From the IMG/VR virus record IMGVR_UViG_3300032213_002832, positions 1 to 64,000 of that record: DNA of 64,000 bases. One strand, 5' to 3'. Below are positions 1-10,199 of this stretch, piece by piece. This stretch comes from a virus. A program made the translations under genes and the position numbers. Position 1 is the stretch's first letter. Each line of letters begins with the position of its first letter. The notes beneath the pieces were generated by a model that saw nothing but the letters and a program-made list of their open reading frames with translations, did no database searches and had not been told where the DNA came from.

Positions 1-76
1 AAAGGGTTCTTTAAAAAGCGCTGATTCATTTAGCCTTTCTGGTGATCCAGATATAGTTATTAAGGGTAATGAATAG
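1..76 (+). CDS. 3' end of upstream gene (partial; probably baseplate/tail region)
   Basis: Frame 2 is open from the window edge (KGSLKSADSFSLSGDPDIVIKGNE) to TAG at 74-76. Confidence 0.5.
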   Translation, partial: KGSLKSADSFSLSGDPDIVIKGNE

Positions 77-118
77 TTTTATTACTTATGCTATATAATT
101 ATAGTATTAGGAGAATAT

Positions 119-1108
119 ATGGCACAGGCTAGACCAGATGGCGGTAGCAGTAGTAATTCGGGACTTGAGAACGACATTTATAATGTTGAACCCAATCGTT
201 GGTACAAAGCATATCCATATGGCTTTGCTTTTTCTGGTGCTAAAACTAAGCAGGGAGATGCTGTAGAAGAGATATTTCTACTACCAATAGCTCCAAACAA
301 TATTAATACTACTACACATTTTGCTACCAATATAGTAACAACACTTTATGGAATCATAGAGGAACATTCTGAAGTAAGGTATTACGATATAACAATATCA
401 GGTAATACTGGCATTGCTCCTAAAAATGTTCTTCCAACTACATCAACACTCTCTGTTAAAAAAGACCCTTTTAACCAACCGCCACCAAATGAAGTGGATA
501 AGACTAAACCCTCTGTTGGTAGAATTTCTTTTAAACCTCAATCTGGTTTAGTTGGTTCTTTAGGCGGATTTTTACCGGAAGTTACTAACACAATTAATGC
601 GGCTGCCAATTTAGTAAAAAGTGTTACGACTAATGCTGACAGTATTAATGAAACCGGCATCACTCCTACACAGAGTGGTTATTATGCTTTTCATAATTTC
701 TATAAATTTCTACTTAGATATAAACAAGATGTTTCTGGTACCAATAGTAATTCAGGGTCATCTGGATTCTCTATTGAATTGCCAAAAATTGGTGGCGGCA
801 GCAATGGTAAAGGTAGTAAAATACGTGAAGTACATCCGCTTCAATTTTTAAACTATAAAGATAATATCAAATATGATGTGGTTCCAATTGCTTTTACACT
901 AACTAGATCAGCAGATAATCCACTTCTATATGTATATAACATAAAGTTAAGGGCTTTCAATTTACGCAATGCTACATCTAAGGTTGACTCAAATAACTTA
1001 TTAGCAGATTTAGGTCTAGGTGATATCAAAGGTTCTTTGTTCTCTAAGATGACTGGGGTTGTTGGTAAGGCTAGTACATTAATTAGTGGCTTAGGCGGTA
1101 TAAAGTAA
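119..1108 (+). CDS. Putative baseplate hub / tail-tube initiator-like virion protein
   Basis: 329 aa, SD AGGAG; first gene of the baseplate cluster; motifs LPIAPNNI, ITISGNTG, FTLTRSADNPLLYVYNI resemble myovirus tube-initiator folds. Confidence 0.5.
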   Translation: MAQARPDGGSSSNSGLENDIYNVEPNRWYKAYPYGFAFSGAKTKQGDAVEEIFLLPIAPNNINTTTHFATNIVTTLYGIIEEHSEVRYYDITISGNTGIAPKNVLPTTSTLSVKKDPFNQPPPNEVDKTKPSVGRISFKPQSGLVGSLGGFLPEVTNTINAAANLVKSVTTNADSINETGITPTQSGYYAFHNFYKFLLRYKQDVSGTNSNSGSSGFSIELPKIGGGSNGKGSKIREVHPLQFLNYKDNIKYDVVPIAFTLTRSADNPLLYVYNIKLRAFNLRNATSKVDSNNLLADLGLGDIKGSLFSKMTGVVGKASTLISGLGGIK

Positions 1109-2691
1109 TGTCATTAGTAGATAAAGCATTTAAAAATCTTGGCGACTTAAGGTTGTGGTACAACGATCAGGCTGGTACGGAACCAACTCTTGCTGATATG
1201 CAGGAGATAATTCCATTGCGTTGGGTTTACTTTCGTGATAACTGGGAATTTATCTTAAGCAAACTCCAAGACAAGATCCCAACATATGCTTATCCTGATT
1301 TATTAGATACTCAAATAAGTAAACTAAGTGAACTTATTCGTATTCAGCGCCACGATGCTAATAAGCGTGTAAATCCATTTTCAAGATCAAATATACTAAA
1401 TCAATACTATGCTGTATGGGAAAGCCTTAGCTTAACAGATATCCCTCTTACAAAAGAAGAGAATACAATAGCTAGTGATAAAATTTCTCGTATTCGTAGG
1501 TTTATAAAAACAGATTTCTTAGCTATACGAAAAAGCTTAGAAGATGGTAGAGATGAAATAGCGGATACTGTTGGATTATCAGATACTGACTATAATGCTA
1601 CTTTTCACCGTAGCTCAACACCTCAACTTAGGTCTGCTAGGATAAAAGATATTGTAGATATGCAGACTTTTCAGCAGGCTATAGTATCTGTGGATTACAT
1701 CTTATCCAACACTGCTTCGTTAAATACAACCAACGTTGATCCATTTGCCCTAGCAAGAGCTAATGCTAATAACCCAGATATTGATATTGTGACTGGATTA
1801 TCTGGACAACTAGTTCGTATGTATTATGGTGATAGCTTACAAGCTATTGCTGCTCGTTATTTAGGCGACGCGGATCGCTGGATTGAAATAGCTATTGCCA
1901 ATGGACTTCGACCTCCTTATATAGACGAGATCGGACAAGCTATACCACTAATATCTAATGGTGGTGGAAGTCAGATAAATATAGCAAAGCTTGATAATCT
2001 TGGTGCTAGTAATATTGATAAGATATATGTTAATCAAATTATATTCTTACAATCAAATACAATTAAATTTCCAGATCAGCGCGCCATACTCAGTATCAAA
2101 GAGATACCTATTTCTGGTGAACTAGTTATTGAACTTAGTGGTACACCTAATCTAGGCGATTATCAAACTGTCGATGGTGCTTATATTCGTGTATTCAAGC
2201 CAAACACAATTAATAGCAACTTTCTAATAATGCTTCCACAGCCAGAAGCTGTCCAGCAATCCTCTACAAAAGAGGTGCCATTCTTTTTAGCATCTAAAAG
2301 TGAAGATGAGAAAAGAGCTGGAGTAGATTTACTTCTTAATACCACCAATGATCTTTCTTTTACAGCATCGGGTGACTTCCAACTAAGCTATGGGCTAGCT
2401 AATGCTATGCAGGCCATGCAGATTAAGATGATGTCAGAAAAAGGTGTATCTTCACGGCACCCTGATTTTGGGTTACCCTCTGTAATAGGCACAAGAGTTG
2501 GCAACGTCGTCTCTGTAAAGGAGACTCTAGTTACGGGTATAAAAGATATGGTAAGCGCTGATAGTCGTTTTTCTAGAATAGAAGTTTTAGATGTATCGGT
2601 TAGTCAAGGTTCTGCTATAATTTCATTAGTAGTTAGATTGGCTGGTTCTGGTTCTCTGTTGCCGATTAATTTTACAGTTAATATTAGCTAA
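1108..2691 (+). CDS. Baseplate wedge protein with LysM-like domain and C-terminal gp25-like domain
   Basis: GDSLQAIAARYLGDADRWIEIAIANGL (LysM/gpX-like); C-terminal EKG...HPDFGL...DSRFSRIE (gp25/W-like); directly upstream of baseplate J. Confidence 0.7.
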   Translation: MSLVDKAFKNLGDLRLWYNDQAGTEPTLADMQEIIPLRWVYFRDNWEFILSKLQDKIPTYAYPDLLDTQISKLSELIRIQRHDANKRVNPFSRSNILNQYYAVWESLSLTDIPLTKEENTIASDKISRIRRFIKTDFLAIRKSLEDGRDEIADTVGLSDTDYNATFHRSSTPQLRSARIKDIVDMQTFQQAIVSVDYILSNTASLNTTNVDPFALARANANNPDIDIVTGLSGQLVRMYYGDSLQAIAARYLGDADRWIEIAIANGLRPPYIDEIGQAIPLISNGGGSQINIAKLDNLGASNIDKIYVNQIIFLQSNTIKFPDQRAILSIKEIPISGELVIELSGTPNLGDYQTVDGAYIRVFKPNTINSNFLIMLPQPEAVQQSSTKEVPFFLASKSEDEKRAGVDLLLNTTNDLSFTASGDFQLSYGLANAMQAMQIKMMSEKGVSSRHPDFGLPSVIGTRVGNVVSVKETLVTGIKDMVSADSRFSRIEVLDVSVSQGSAIISLVVRLAGSGSLLPINFTVNIS

Positions 2692-2704
2692 TGGCGGTAT
2701 ATAA

Positions 2705-5700
2705 ATGTCAATAGATATAAGAAGTTACAACCAAATATTGGGTGAAATGGTTCGTAAGATTATCGCGGACACTCCACTAAATGACTTAAATACAGGGTCT
2801 GTACTTCTGTCTCTTCTTGAAGCCGCTGCTCAGAATGACTTCGAAAACAACGCTTCAATACTTAGCGTTCTTGAGTTATTGAATATTGATGCTACTAGAA
2901 ATAATGACCTAGACGCAAGAGGTGCTGATTTTGGCTTAGTTAGAACTCCAGCTCAAAGAAGTACTGGCTTCATCACTATTCAAGACATCAGCATCTCAAA
3001 GCGAAGTACTGGCTTATATCAAGTTAAGGCTCCACCAATTGCTAGCTCTACAACTATTTATGTAAATGACGCGTCAAACTGGTCATTAACTGGCAACTTA
3101 TTTATTGGTCGTGGCACAAACAGCTTTGAAGGTCCAATTCCGTATACTAATATCGTCAATAACGGTTCATTTTTTACTATTACACTTGGTTCCGCTTTAC
3201 AAAAAGATCATTTGATATCAGATGTTGTTGTAGACGCACAAGGAACAACAGATAGGTTGATCGCAGCTGGTACGTCAGTATTCATACCCGCAAATAATCA
3301 GAACCCTATCATTGAATTTAGAACACTTAGGGATGCTGTTATTCCTGCTGGTGAAGATACAGTATCTGGTGTAAGTATTGTTTCACTACTTGCTGGCTCT
3401 AACAACAATGCCGGCATTAACACAATTACAAACTTTACAACTATACCTTTCACAGGTGCTGTTGCTTTCAACACTTCTGCTTTAAGTGATGGCAGGGATG
3501 TTGAGACTGATGAGAATTTCCGTGAACGTATTAAGTCATACTCTACTACCTTAGCAAGAGGTACAGCAGACGCCATACTCTCCTCTATCATCGGCGTCTC
3601 TGACTCTGATGACGGTAAGCAAGTAGCTTCTGCTTCTATTACTGAGCCTCCTCATCTTGGAGATCCATCTATTCTCTATGTGGATGATGGTAGTGGTTTT
3701 GAACCGTCATTTGAAGGTCAAAGTGTTGATATTTTACTTAGTGAGGCTTCTGGTAATGAGGAGTTCTTACAGCTTGCTAACTATCCGCTTCCACGTCCGC
3801 AAGTGATCTGTACAGCAGAGAGTCCATATGAACTAACAGATGGTATGACTTTGAGCGTTTTAGTTGATGGCGTAGAAGAAGCTATAACTTTTAGCACAAG
3901 TCAATTCTTAAATATTTCAGCAGCGACAATCTCTGAAGTTATTGTTGCTATTAATGATCAATCACAAAGCTTTAAAGCAACTTTTACAGATACATCTAGT
4001 AAGATACTTCTTTTTCCAGTGAATCATGCGACTGAACTAATTCAAGTCTCGCCATTGCGTCCTACGGATGATCCACTACTATTTGCTAACACTATATTAA
4101 AGTTTCCAAATAACGAATATTCATATATCAGGTTATATCAAAATAACACATTGCTTAATGAAGAACAAAAATCAGCTTCATTACTAACTACTGTATTTTC
4201 TTCTTGGAATATAACAGCTAATGGTAATCTAGTTATATCTGTTGATGGTACACCTCCACAAGATCGTGGCTTTGATACTACTGATTTCGGCGGTACTCCT
4301 TTTGCTTCATTAACACTAAGTGATTGGGTTGATGCTTTTAATGCCAAATATGCTGGAATTACAGCAACCGCTACTTCTAGTGGTAGAATGCAGATTGTTT
4401 CGAATAAAGATGGTAGCTCATCTGCTTTGTCTGTTGAGGGTGGAACATATTTTGATAAACTATTTAGTAGTCAAGCCACTAGTTCACTTGGACAAAACTC
4501 TGATTTTCAATTAAATCGCCAAACTGGTAATATTCGAATACTCACAGATATTGCTGTTGGTGATACCATTACAGCTGGAACAGATGATGCTAAAGGCAAC
4601 TTCACATCTACAGAGACAATCACTGGAAACTACAACGTTTCATCTGACTCTAATACTCGCCCTGCTGAAATTGTATTAGTAGCAGATGCTAAGCATGTTA
4701 CTCCAAGATATGGAGTAGGTCTTGCTATCGGTCACACTATTACAATAACGGACCAAGGCAGCAATGTAATGAGACTCATGTCTGATTCTTTGTCGTCATT
4801 TGATGCCGCACAACCGCATGACTTTATTTATATAGTTAATCGCAGCTCTGGACTATGGGTTAATACAGCCAATACTGGTTTGTATAAAGTGATAGCTAAA
4901 GGTGAACATACTACAGCTAGCACCAACTCGTATATCGAAGTAAAGAATGTTAATATTGTTCCTGGAGTACACACTGTTTTAGCTGCTGAAGATATTCAGA
5001 TATTCAAGTCTGATGCGTATGTCCAACTTTGGAAAGGTACATCTACAGCTACTCCTCCTTCAGCAACTATTCAGAATATTGTAGATACCATAAATAGTAA
5101 CTTAATAAATGTACGTGCTTCTATTTTCAAAACAGATGCTATCAAAATCACTTCTACCACAGAGGACTCTGGTAGTATTGCTTTACCGATATCTGTTGGT
5201 AATGCGACTCTCTTATTCGAGAGTCAGCAAGCAGAAAAAGTAGGAAACCCTTCACATATTGCTAATAGGGTTTCAAGTAAAGATGCTGTTTCATTCTTCA
5301 AGATTACAGAGCCAACAAATGAAGATGCTGATGGCGTAAGTGGAAAAACAGTTTGGTTAGATCGTGTTACATATTCTGATCAAAGCGGAGTATTAACATC
5401 TAATGCCGTACCTGGTGTTGAAGGTGTAGACACATATAGTGAAGAGCTACAATCAACCAATAGCTTAGATCCTGCTGTTGTAGATTATGATGATTATATT
5501 AACAACCTTGATGGAAACAACAAGGGACAGTATCGATCAATACGAGATAAAATTACTGGCGATAAAATAGGTACACAACATGCGCTTCCGCGTACTGTAA
5601 TGGATTATAGTAGTGGTGATCGCTTCAATTTAATGAGACCAGTTTCAGTGAATTCTGAAGATAGTGTCGTACTAATTTTAGATCAAGATGCTGTGTCTAA

Positions 5701-8700
5701 AACTATTGATATTAAGATGTCAAGAACAGGTCGCGTAAGCAACCTTCCTCCTTTAACCAACCAGTCATTTTCGGCTGATGATGCTGATAATGAACCGGGT
5801 ATTACGTTTAATAGTTTACCTGTTTGGGGAAAAACGGCTAATAAGACAGAGTTTAAGGATTACGCTGTATGGTTCCGTTCTAGAAACTGGTATGTATCCG
5901 GTGGAGCTACTAGCGGCGGTGGAGCTATAATCTTACGAGCTAGAGAGTACGGTCCACATGGAGATAATCAGCGTTTCCGTATAGAGTATCCAACTTTTCC
6001 TAATCAAGCAAATACTATATCTCACAATTCAACTCCAGATTACGCATTAAGTACATATACTTTTGGTTCTGGTGTATTAAAAGCTACCGGTATCACTGCT
6101 GGCGATACCATTGCTGTAACCTCGCTTGGCGGTGATGATTACAGGCTAACCTTCTCTAATCCTAGCACCGATCTATCTACAGTTGTTGCTGATGATATTA
6201 TTAGTATGTTAAACGATTCGGGTGTTAGTACTTCTAATAGGGGTCAATACAGTATTAAGGCTGTCGACAACTTATTAAAGCATGTTGATATATATAATCC
6301 GAATGGGGCAGTAACTGGCGCCGGTTCACCTGAAATTACAGATATTACAACTATTGCCGATGTTGTTGGAACAAAAACGTCTAGTACGATATCAAGTATT
6401 ACAGCTTCTGCTGCTTTAAATGGTAAGTGGTTTAGACTTACAGATTCTGCTGGAACAGTAGCGGTTTACTACACTACCGGATCAATCCCTACTCCTGGGT
6501 CTTTAGGCGTAAACAGAATCATACCAGTCACAATAGCTGGTACAGAACTTGCTGCGGCAACAGCTGCTTTAACGGCAGCTTATATCGACGCAGATCCGGA
6601 GTTTACAGCTACTGCTATAACAACAACCGTTACAGCAATTAATGCCAACAATGGTGCTTTTGCTATCTCTACAGATGGAACCACTGCTACTGGCTTCTCA
6701 TTTGCTGGCACACTTGGCACGAGTGATGTAAGCGTAGATGGTAAGTATTTTATATTACAAGATGCTGCGGGTAGCGTGGCGTTTTGGTATGATGTTAGTG
6801 GTGTTACTTCAGAACCATTGCACGGTGCGGATAGAGCAGTACGTATCGGAACAGTTTTAGCTGGTGATAGTGCGAATACTATCGCTACTAAAACAGCTGT
6901 TATAATAGCGGGTGATGGCGCATATGCTTCTGCCACAGTTTTAGCAAACGTTATTACAGCCACAGATATAGCCAATGGTGGAAGACCAACAGCTACTGCT
7001 GGTACATCTGGTTTTACAGTGGGTCAGGATACAGCAGGTGTTAATGCGGGACCTGAAGTAATAAATATTGCTACATCCATAATGATATTCTCTTTAATCA
7101 ATACTGCTGTTGCTGATATTGTTACAAAAATAAATGATGATAGTGAAGTATTATATGCTGCTACTATTAGCGGAACCAATCCTATTACAAAAGCCACTAG
7201 AGATGAAGAGTATACTCCAGCTGGTCCTAGTGATTATAGTGTATCGTTATCCTTCGGACACGATCCAGATCCTCTAAGTTTAGAGAATGGATACGTTAAG
7301 CTATATGACGGTATTAATTGGGTTCGTCAGTTTGAAAATACACAGCCTAACTTCTCTTTAAAAACAGCAATGAAATTACAGGGAGTCGCACCTACAGCTT
7401 ATTCAATGCACAATACTCCTAATCATGACAGTGCGGATTTAGGTGAGTTGTTTAAACTTGTTCCGATTACATTAAACAATGTTAATCACCACTTTACACA
7501 AAAAGCTTTATCACAATTACCAATTGTATCTAATGTAGATATATCAAGTGCTATTAGAAAAGTACAGATTAAATCTAAAGAATTAGGTTCTGCTGGATCA
7601 GTTGAAGTTGTTGGTGGAAACGCAAACAATATTGAGCTCTCTGTCGCAGGTGAAGCTCAGGTTTCTGCTGGTGCTACTAAAGATTTACTTGAAGTCAGGA
7701 CAGCAGCATTTCCAGTTACATTGACGAAGGGCGATTATGTAGAGGTATCTAATACACAATCTGCGCCTAGGGCTTCTAAGCTTAAAGCTGGTGACTCAAT
7801 AGACGTGTTTAAAGGTGTTGGTAGCAACACTGAATATCGCTGGAACTATAAAGATACTCAACTTGGTGAGTATGTTAGGTTTACAATTGCTGATACTTCG
7901 GCTACTTACAATCGTCCATCTGGAACTGTTTGGCGCTGGACTCACAATGATGGTGGCTCATATTTTCAAATAGTTGCTACAGCTAATGGTTTACCATCAG
8001 TAGCAATAAATAATGAAATTGCTGCAGGTGGAACGAACACTGTGAATCTAAAAAATGATTCAATAGCACCTGGCTCTGTTTCAACCAAGCAAGCATTTAA
8101 TCTAACAGTTGCGGGTGTACCAACTCAAGCAGATTACTTCACATTTGAAAGTGCGAGTGGTGTAACGTTTGCTGTATGGTTTGATATCAACAACGTTGGG
8201 ACTGTACCAACTGGAGCAACATATGTTGCGGCCACAAACAAGATAGAAGTCAATATATTAAGTACTGATACAGAAGACCAAATCGTGTCTGCTTTATCAA
8301 TAGCATTATTAGGCTCAGCAGCTTTCTTAGCGCACTTCTCTGGTTCTCAAACTCAAGGCGCAAATCTTGATGATGTTGAGATTGGTGATTTATTATGCGC
8401 ATATGGGACATTCGCTTCTGGTTGGAGTAGTGGCAATAAAGCTAAAGCTAATGGCGATACCAATATTGCTGGCTTACCTATCATAAATAAGAATGTCACA
8501 TCACGGTATATCGATGTCGTCAATCCTGATGGCGTTGCTATGACCAACCAAGCTATTGGTGCTGGAAATGTTAGCATTGCGCCTACTCCATTTATTAAGT
8601 GGAATCTTAAACACTCTGCTAAAACTGATATTGTTAAAATCACGGTTCTAGCTGGTACAGCCACTACTACAACAAGTGTACCGCACGGTTTAAAAGAAGG

Positions 8701-10183
8701 TGATACGTTTGTACTCACTGATAATGCTGTCGTACCAACCACTAGTATAGTACTTACAGTTCCAGATGCTTTATCATTCACCTTTGCCACAGGAACAGCA
8801 AATGGTGACTACTTTAAAGGTTTGGTTATCAGAAGTGGTAGAGTAGTTACTCGCTACGCGATTGAATCAATTGGTTTCAATAATCTCTTTAAGCTTCGTT
8901 TGATTGACGGTGATGCTGCTGGTTTTATTGACTGTGGCGCTGCTGTAGATGACCTACTCTCTATATCTGGTGAAACCTTTAATAGTAGTAACTCTGGAGT
9001 ATTCCGTATATTGGGTCTAACGAATGATTCGATAATATTTGAAAACGAAATAGCAACAGAACAATTAGATACAATCGTACCTTTCAATAACTTGGCACTA
9101 AGTGCTACTTGGGTATCAAACTCAAATAGCATAACTGGCGCTGCTGGTGTATTTAAGAATCTAAATATCGGTGACTGGGTTAAGAAGAAAGAAGATCCAG
9201 AAACTCTATATCGTCAGGTGATTGCTAAGAATACCGGTTCATTCGACACTGCTACAATTATCACTCTTGGCGGAAACTATCAGGGCACCACTTCAGTATC
9301 TGTTGGTGTATCCTTTGATCAGAATTCAGATGTTGGTAAAGGGTGTTATCTTCAGGGTATTAATGATATTCAGATATACGAAGGTGACTCTGTTAGGATA
9401 GATGACACGTTGTTCGTTGATAATATATCTAATACTAACTGGTTTAACTCAGTAAATGCTGGGACATTCAAGATTACGCAGATTGGTAGTACAACAGATT
9501 GTAGACCTTTTGTAAGAGTTGATAACTCAGCTGGTTTAACTCAAACCAATCGCTTAATATCAGTGAGCCCTATAGGTTATTTTATAATCGAAGGTATTAG
9601 TAACACTTATAAGAGTATACGTAGAGTAGAGCATACCACTATAGATGGCAGCAATGCTAATAGACGCCAAATATTCTTAACTCCTGCTACGAGAGCATAT
9701 AAAGTATCTCAGACCAACGGTTCTAAAATAGTACCAATTGGTAAACTAGGATATTCAGTAGATATCACTACTGGTATAGATGGTTATAGCTACTATACTG
9801 GGTTGATGAGAACTGTACAGAGAATCATAGATGGTTTTGAACCAGACGCTATCACATATCCTGGACGTAGAGCAATTGGTGGCGTTATAGAAACATTGCC
9901 TCCACTAATCAAGCGTATCACTATGAGTCTACAAGTTACAACTAACGAAGGTGTAAATCTTAATGACGTAACAAATGATATTAAGTCTGCTATAATAAAC
10001 TATGTAAATCAACTTGGTGTTAGTGGTGATGTTATTCTTGCGGAAGTAGTAGTTAGGGTTATGGGCATCATTGGTGTTGAAGCTGTTACGGTTAGTTCAC
10101 CGTTAGCTACAACAGAGGGTAGAATACCTGTCTCTGATAATGAACGTGCGTATATTCAGCCGGAAAATATAAGTGTAGCTTAA
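2705..10183 (+). CDS. Giant baseplate J-like (gp6/gp47-type) wedge protein with about 2000 aa of inserted beta-rich domains
   Basis: N-terminal LDARGADFGLVRTPAQRSTG and DGRDVETDENFRERIK...LARGT are baseplate-J signatures; C-terminal IINYVNQLGVSGDVILAEVV is a J C-terminal signature. Confidence 0.8.
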   Translation: MSIDIRSYNQILGEMVRKIIADTPLNDLNTGSVLLSLLEAAAQNDFENNASILSVLELLNIDATRNNDLDARGADFGLVRTPAQRSTGFITIQDISISKRSTGLYQVKAPPIASSTTIYVNDASNWSLTGNLFIGRGTNSFEGPIPYTNIVNNGSFFTITLGSALQKDHLISDVVVDAQGTTDRLIAAGTSVFIPANNQNPIIEFRTLRDAVIPAGEDTVSGVSIVSLLAGSNNNAGINTITNFTTIPFTGAVAFNTSALSDGRDVETDENFRERIKSYSTTLARGTADAILSSIIGVSDSDDGKQVASASITEPPHLGDPSILYVDDGSGFEPSFEGQSVDILLSEASGNEEFLQLANYPLPRPQVICTAESPYELTDGMTLSVLVDGVEEAITFSTSQFLNISAATISEVIVAINDQSQSFKATFTDTSSKILLFPVNHATELIQVSPLRPTDDPLLFANTILKFPNNEYSYIRLYQNNTLLNEEQKSASLLTTVFSSWNITANGNLVISVDGTPPQDRGFDTTDFGGTPFASLTLSDWVDAFNAKYAGITATATSSGRMQIVSNKDGSSSALSVEGGTYFDKLFSSQATSSLGQNSDFQLNRQTGNIRILTDIAVGDTITAGTDDAKGNFTSTETITGNYNVSSDSNTRPAEIVLVADAKHVTPRYGVGLAIGHTITITDQGSNVMRLMSDSLSSFDAAQPHDFIYIVNRSSGLWVNTANTGLYKVIAKGEHTTASTNSYIEVKNVNIVPGVHTVLAAEDIQIFKSDAYVQLWKGTSTATPPSATIQNIVDTINSNLINVRASIFKTDAIKITSTTEDSGSIALPISVGNATLLFESQQAEKVGNPSHIANRVSSKDAVSFFKITEPTNEDADGVSGKTVWLDRVTYSDQSGVLTSNAVPGVEGVDTYSEELQSTNSLDPAVVDYDDYINNLDGNNKGQYRSIRDKITGDKIGTQHALPRTVMDYSSGDRFNLMRPVSVNSEDSVVLILDQDAVSKTIDIKMSRTGRVSNLPPLTNQSFSADDADNEPGITFNSLPVWGKTANKTEFKDYAVWFRSRNWYVSGGATSGGGAIILRAREYGPHGDNQRFRIEYPTFPNQANTISHNSTPDYALSTYTFGSGVLKATGITAGDTIAVTSLGGDDYRLTFSNPSTDLSTVVADDIISMLNDSGVSTSNRGQYSIKAVDNLLKHVDIYNPNGAVTGAGSPEITDITTIADVVGTKTSSTISSITASAALNGKWFRLTDSAGTVAVYYTTGSIPTPGSLGVNRIIPVTIAGTELAAATAALTAAYIDADPEFTATAITTTVTAINANNGAFAISTDGTTATGFSFAGTLGTSDVSVDGKYFILQDAAGSVAFWYDVSGVTSEPLHGADRAVRIGTVLAGDSANTIATKTAVIIAGDGAYASATVLANVITATDIANGGRPTATAGTSGFTVGQDTAGVNAGPEVINIATSIMIFSLINTAVADIVTKINDDSEVLYAATISGTNPITKATRDEEYTPAGPSDYSVSLSFGHDPDPLSLENGYVKLYDGINWVRQFENTQPNFSLKTAMKLQGVAPTAYSMHNTPNHDSADLGELFKLVPITLNNVNHHFTQKALSQLPIVSNVDISSAIRKVQIKSKELGSAGSVEVVGGNANNIELSVAGEAQVSAGATKDLLEVRTAAFPVTLTKGDYVEVSNTQSAPRASKLKAGDSIDVFKGVGSNTEYRWNYKDTQLGEYVRFTIADTSATYNRPSGTVWRWTHNDGGSYFQIVATANGLPSVAINNEIAAGGTNTVNLKNDSIAPGSVSTKQAFNLTVAGVPTQADYFTFESASGVTFAVWFDINNVGTVPTGATYVAATNKIEVNILSTDTEDQIVSALSIALLGSAAFLAHFSGSQTQGANLDDVEIGDLLCAYGTFASGWSSGNKAKANGDTNIAGLPIINKNVTSRYIDVVNPDGVAMTNQAIGAGNVSIAPTPFIKWNLKHSAKTDIVKITVLAGTATTTTSVPHGLKEGDTFVLTDNAVVPTTSIVLTVPDALSFTFATGTANGDYFKGLVIRSGRVVTRYAIESIGFNNLFKLRLIDGDAAGFIDCGAAVDDLLSISGETFNSSNSGVFRILGLTNDSIIFENEIATEQLDTIVPFNNLALSATWVSNSNSITGAAGVFKNLNIGDWVKKKEDPETLYRQVIAKNTGSFDTATIITLGGNYQGTTSVSVGVSFDQNSDVGKGCYLQGINDIQIYEGDSVRIDDTLFVDNISNTNWFNSVNAGTFKITQIGSTTDCRPFVRVDNSAGLTQTNRLISVSPIGYFIIEGISNTYKSIRRVEHTTIDGSNANRRQIFLTPATRAYKVSQTNGSKIVPIGKLGYSVDITTGIDGYSYYTGLMRTVQRIIDGFEPDAITYPGRRAIGGVIETLPPLIKRITMSLQVTTNEGVNLNDVTNDIKSAIINYVNQLGVSGDVILAEVVVRVMGIIGVEAVTVSSPLATTEGRIPVSDNERAYIQPENISVA

Positions 10184-10199
10184 AGCTTTGGGGTCATAG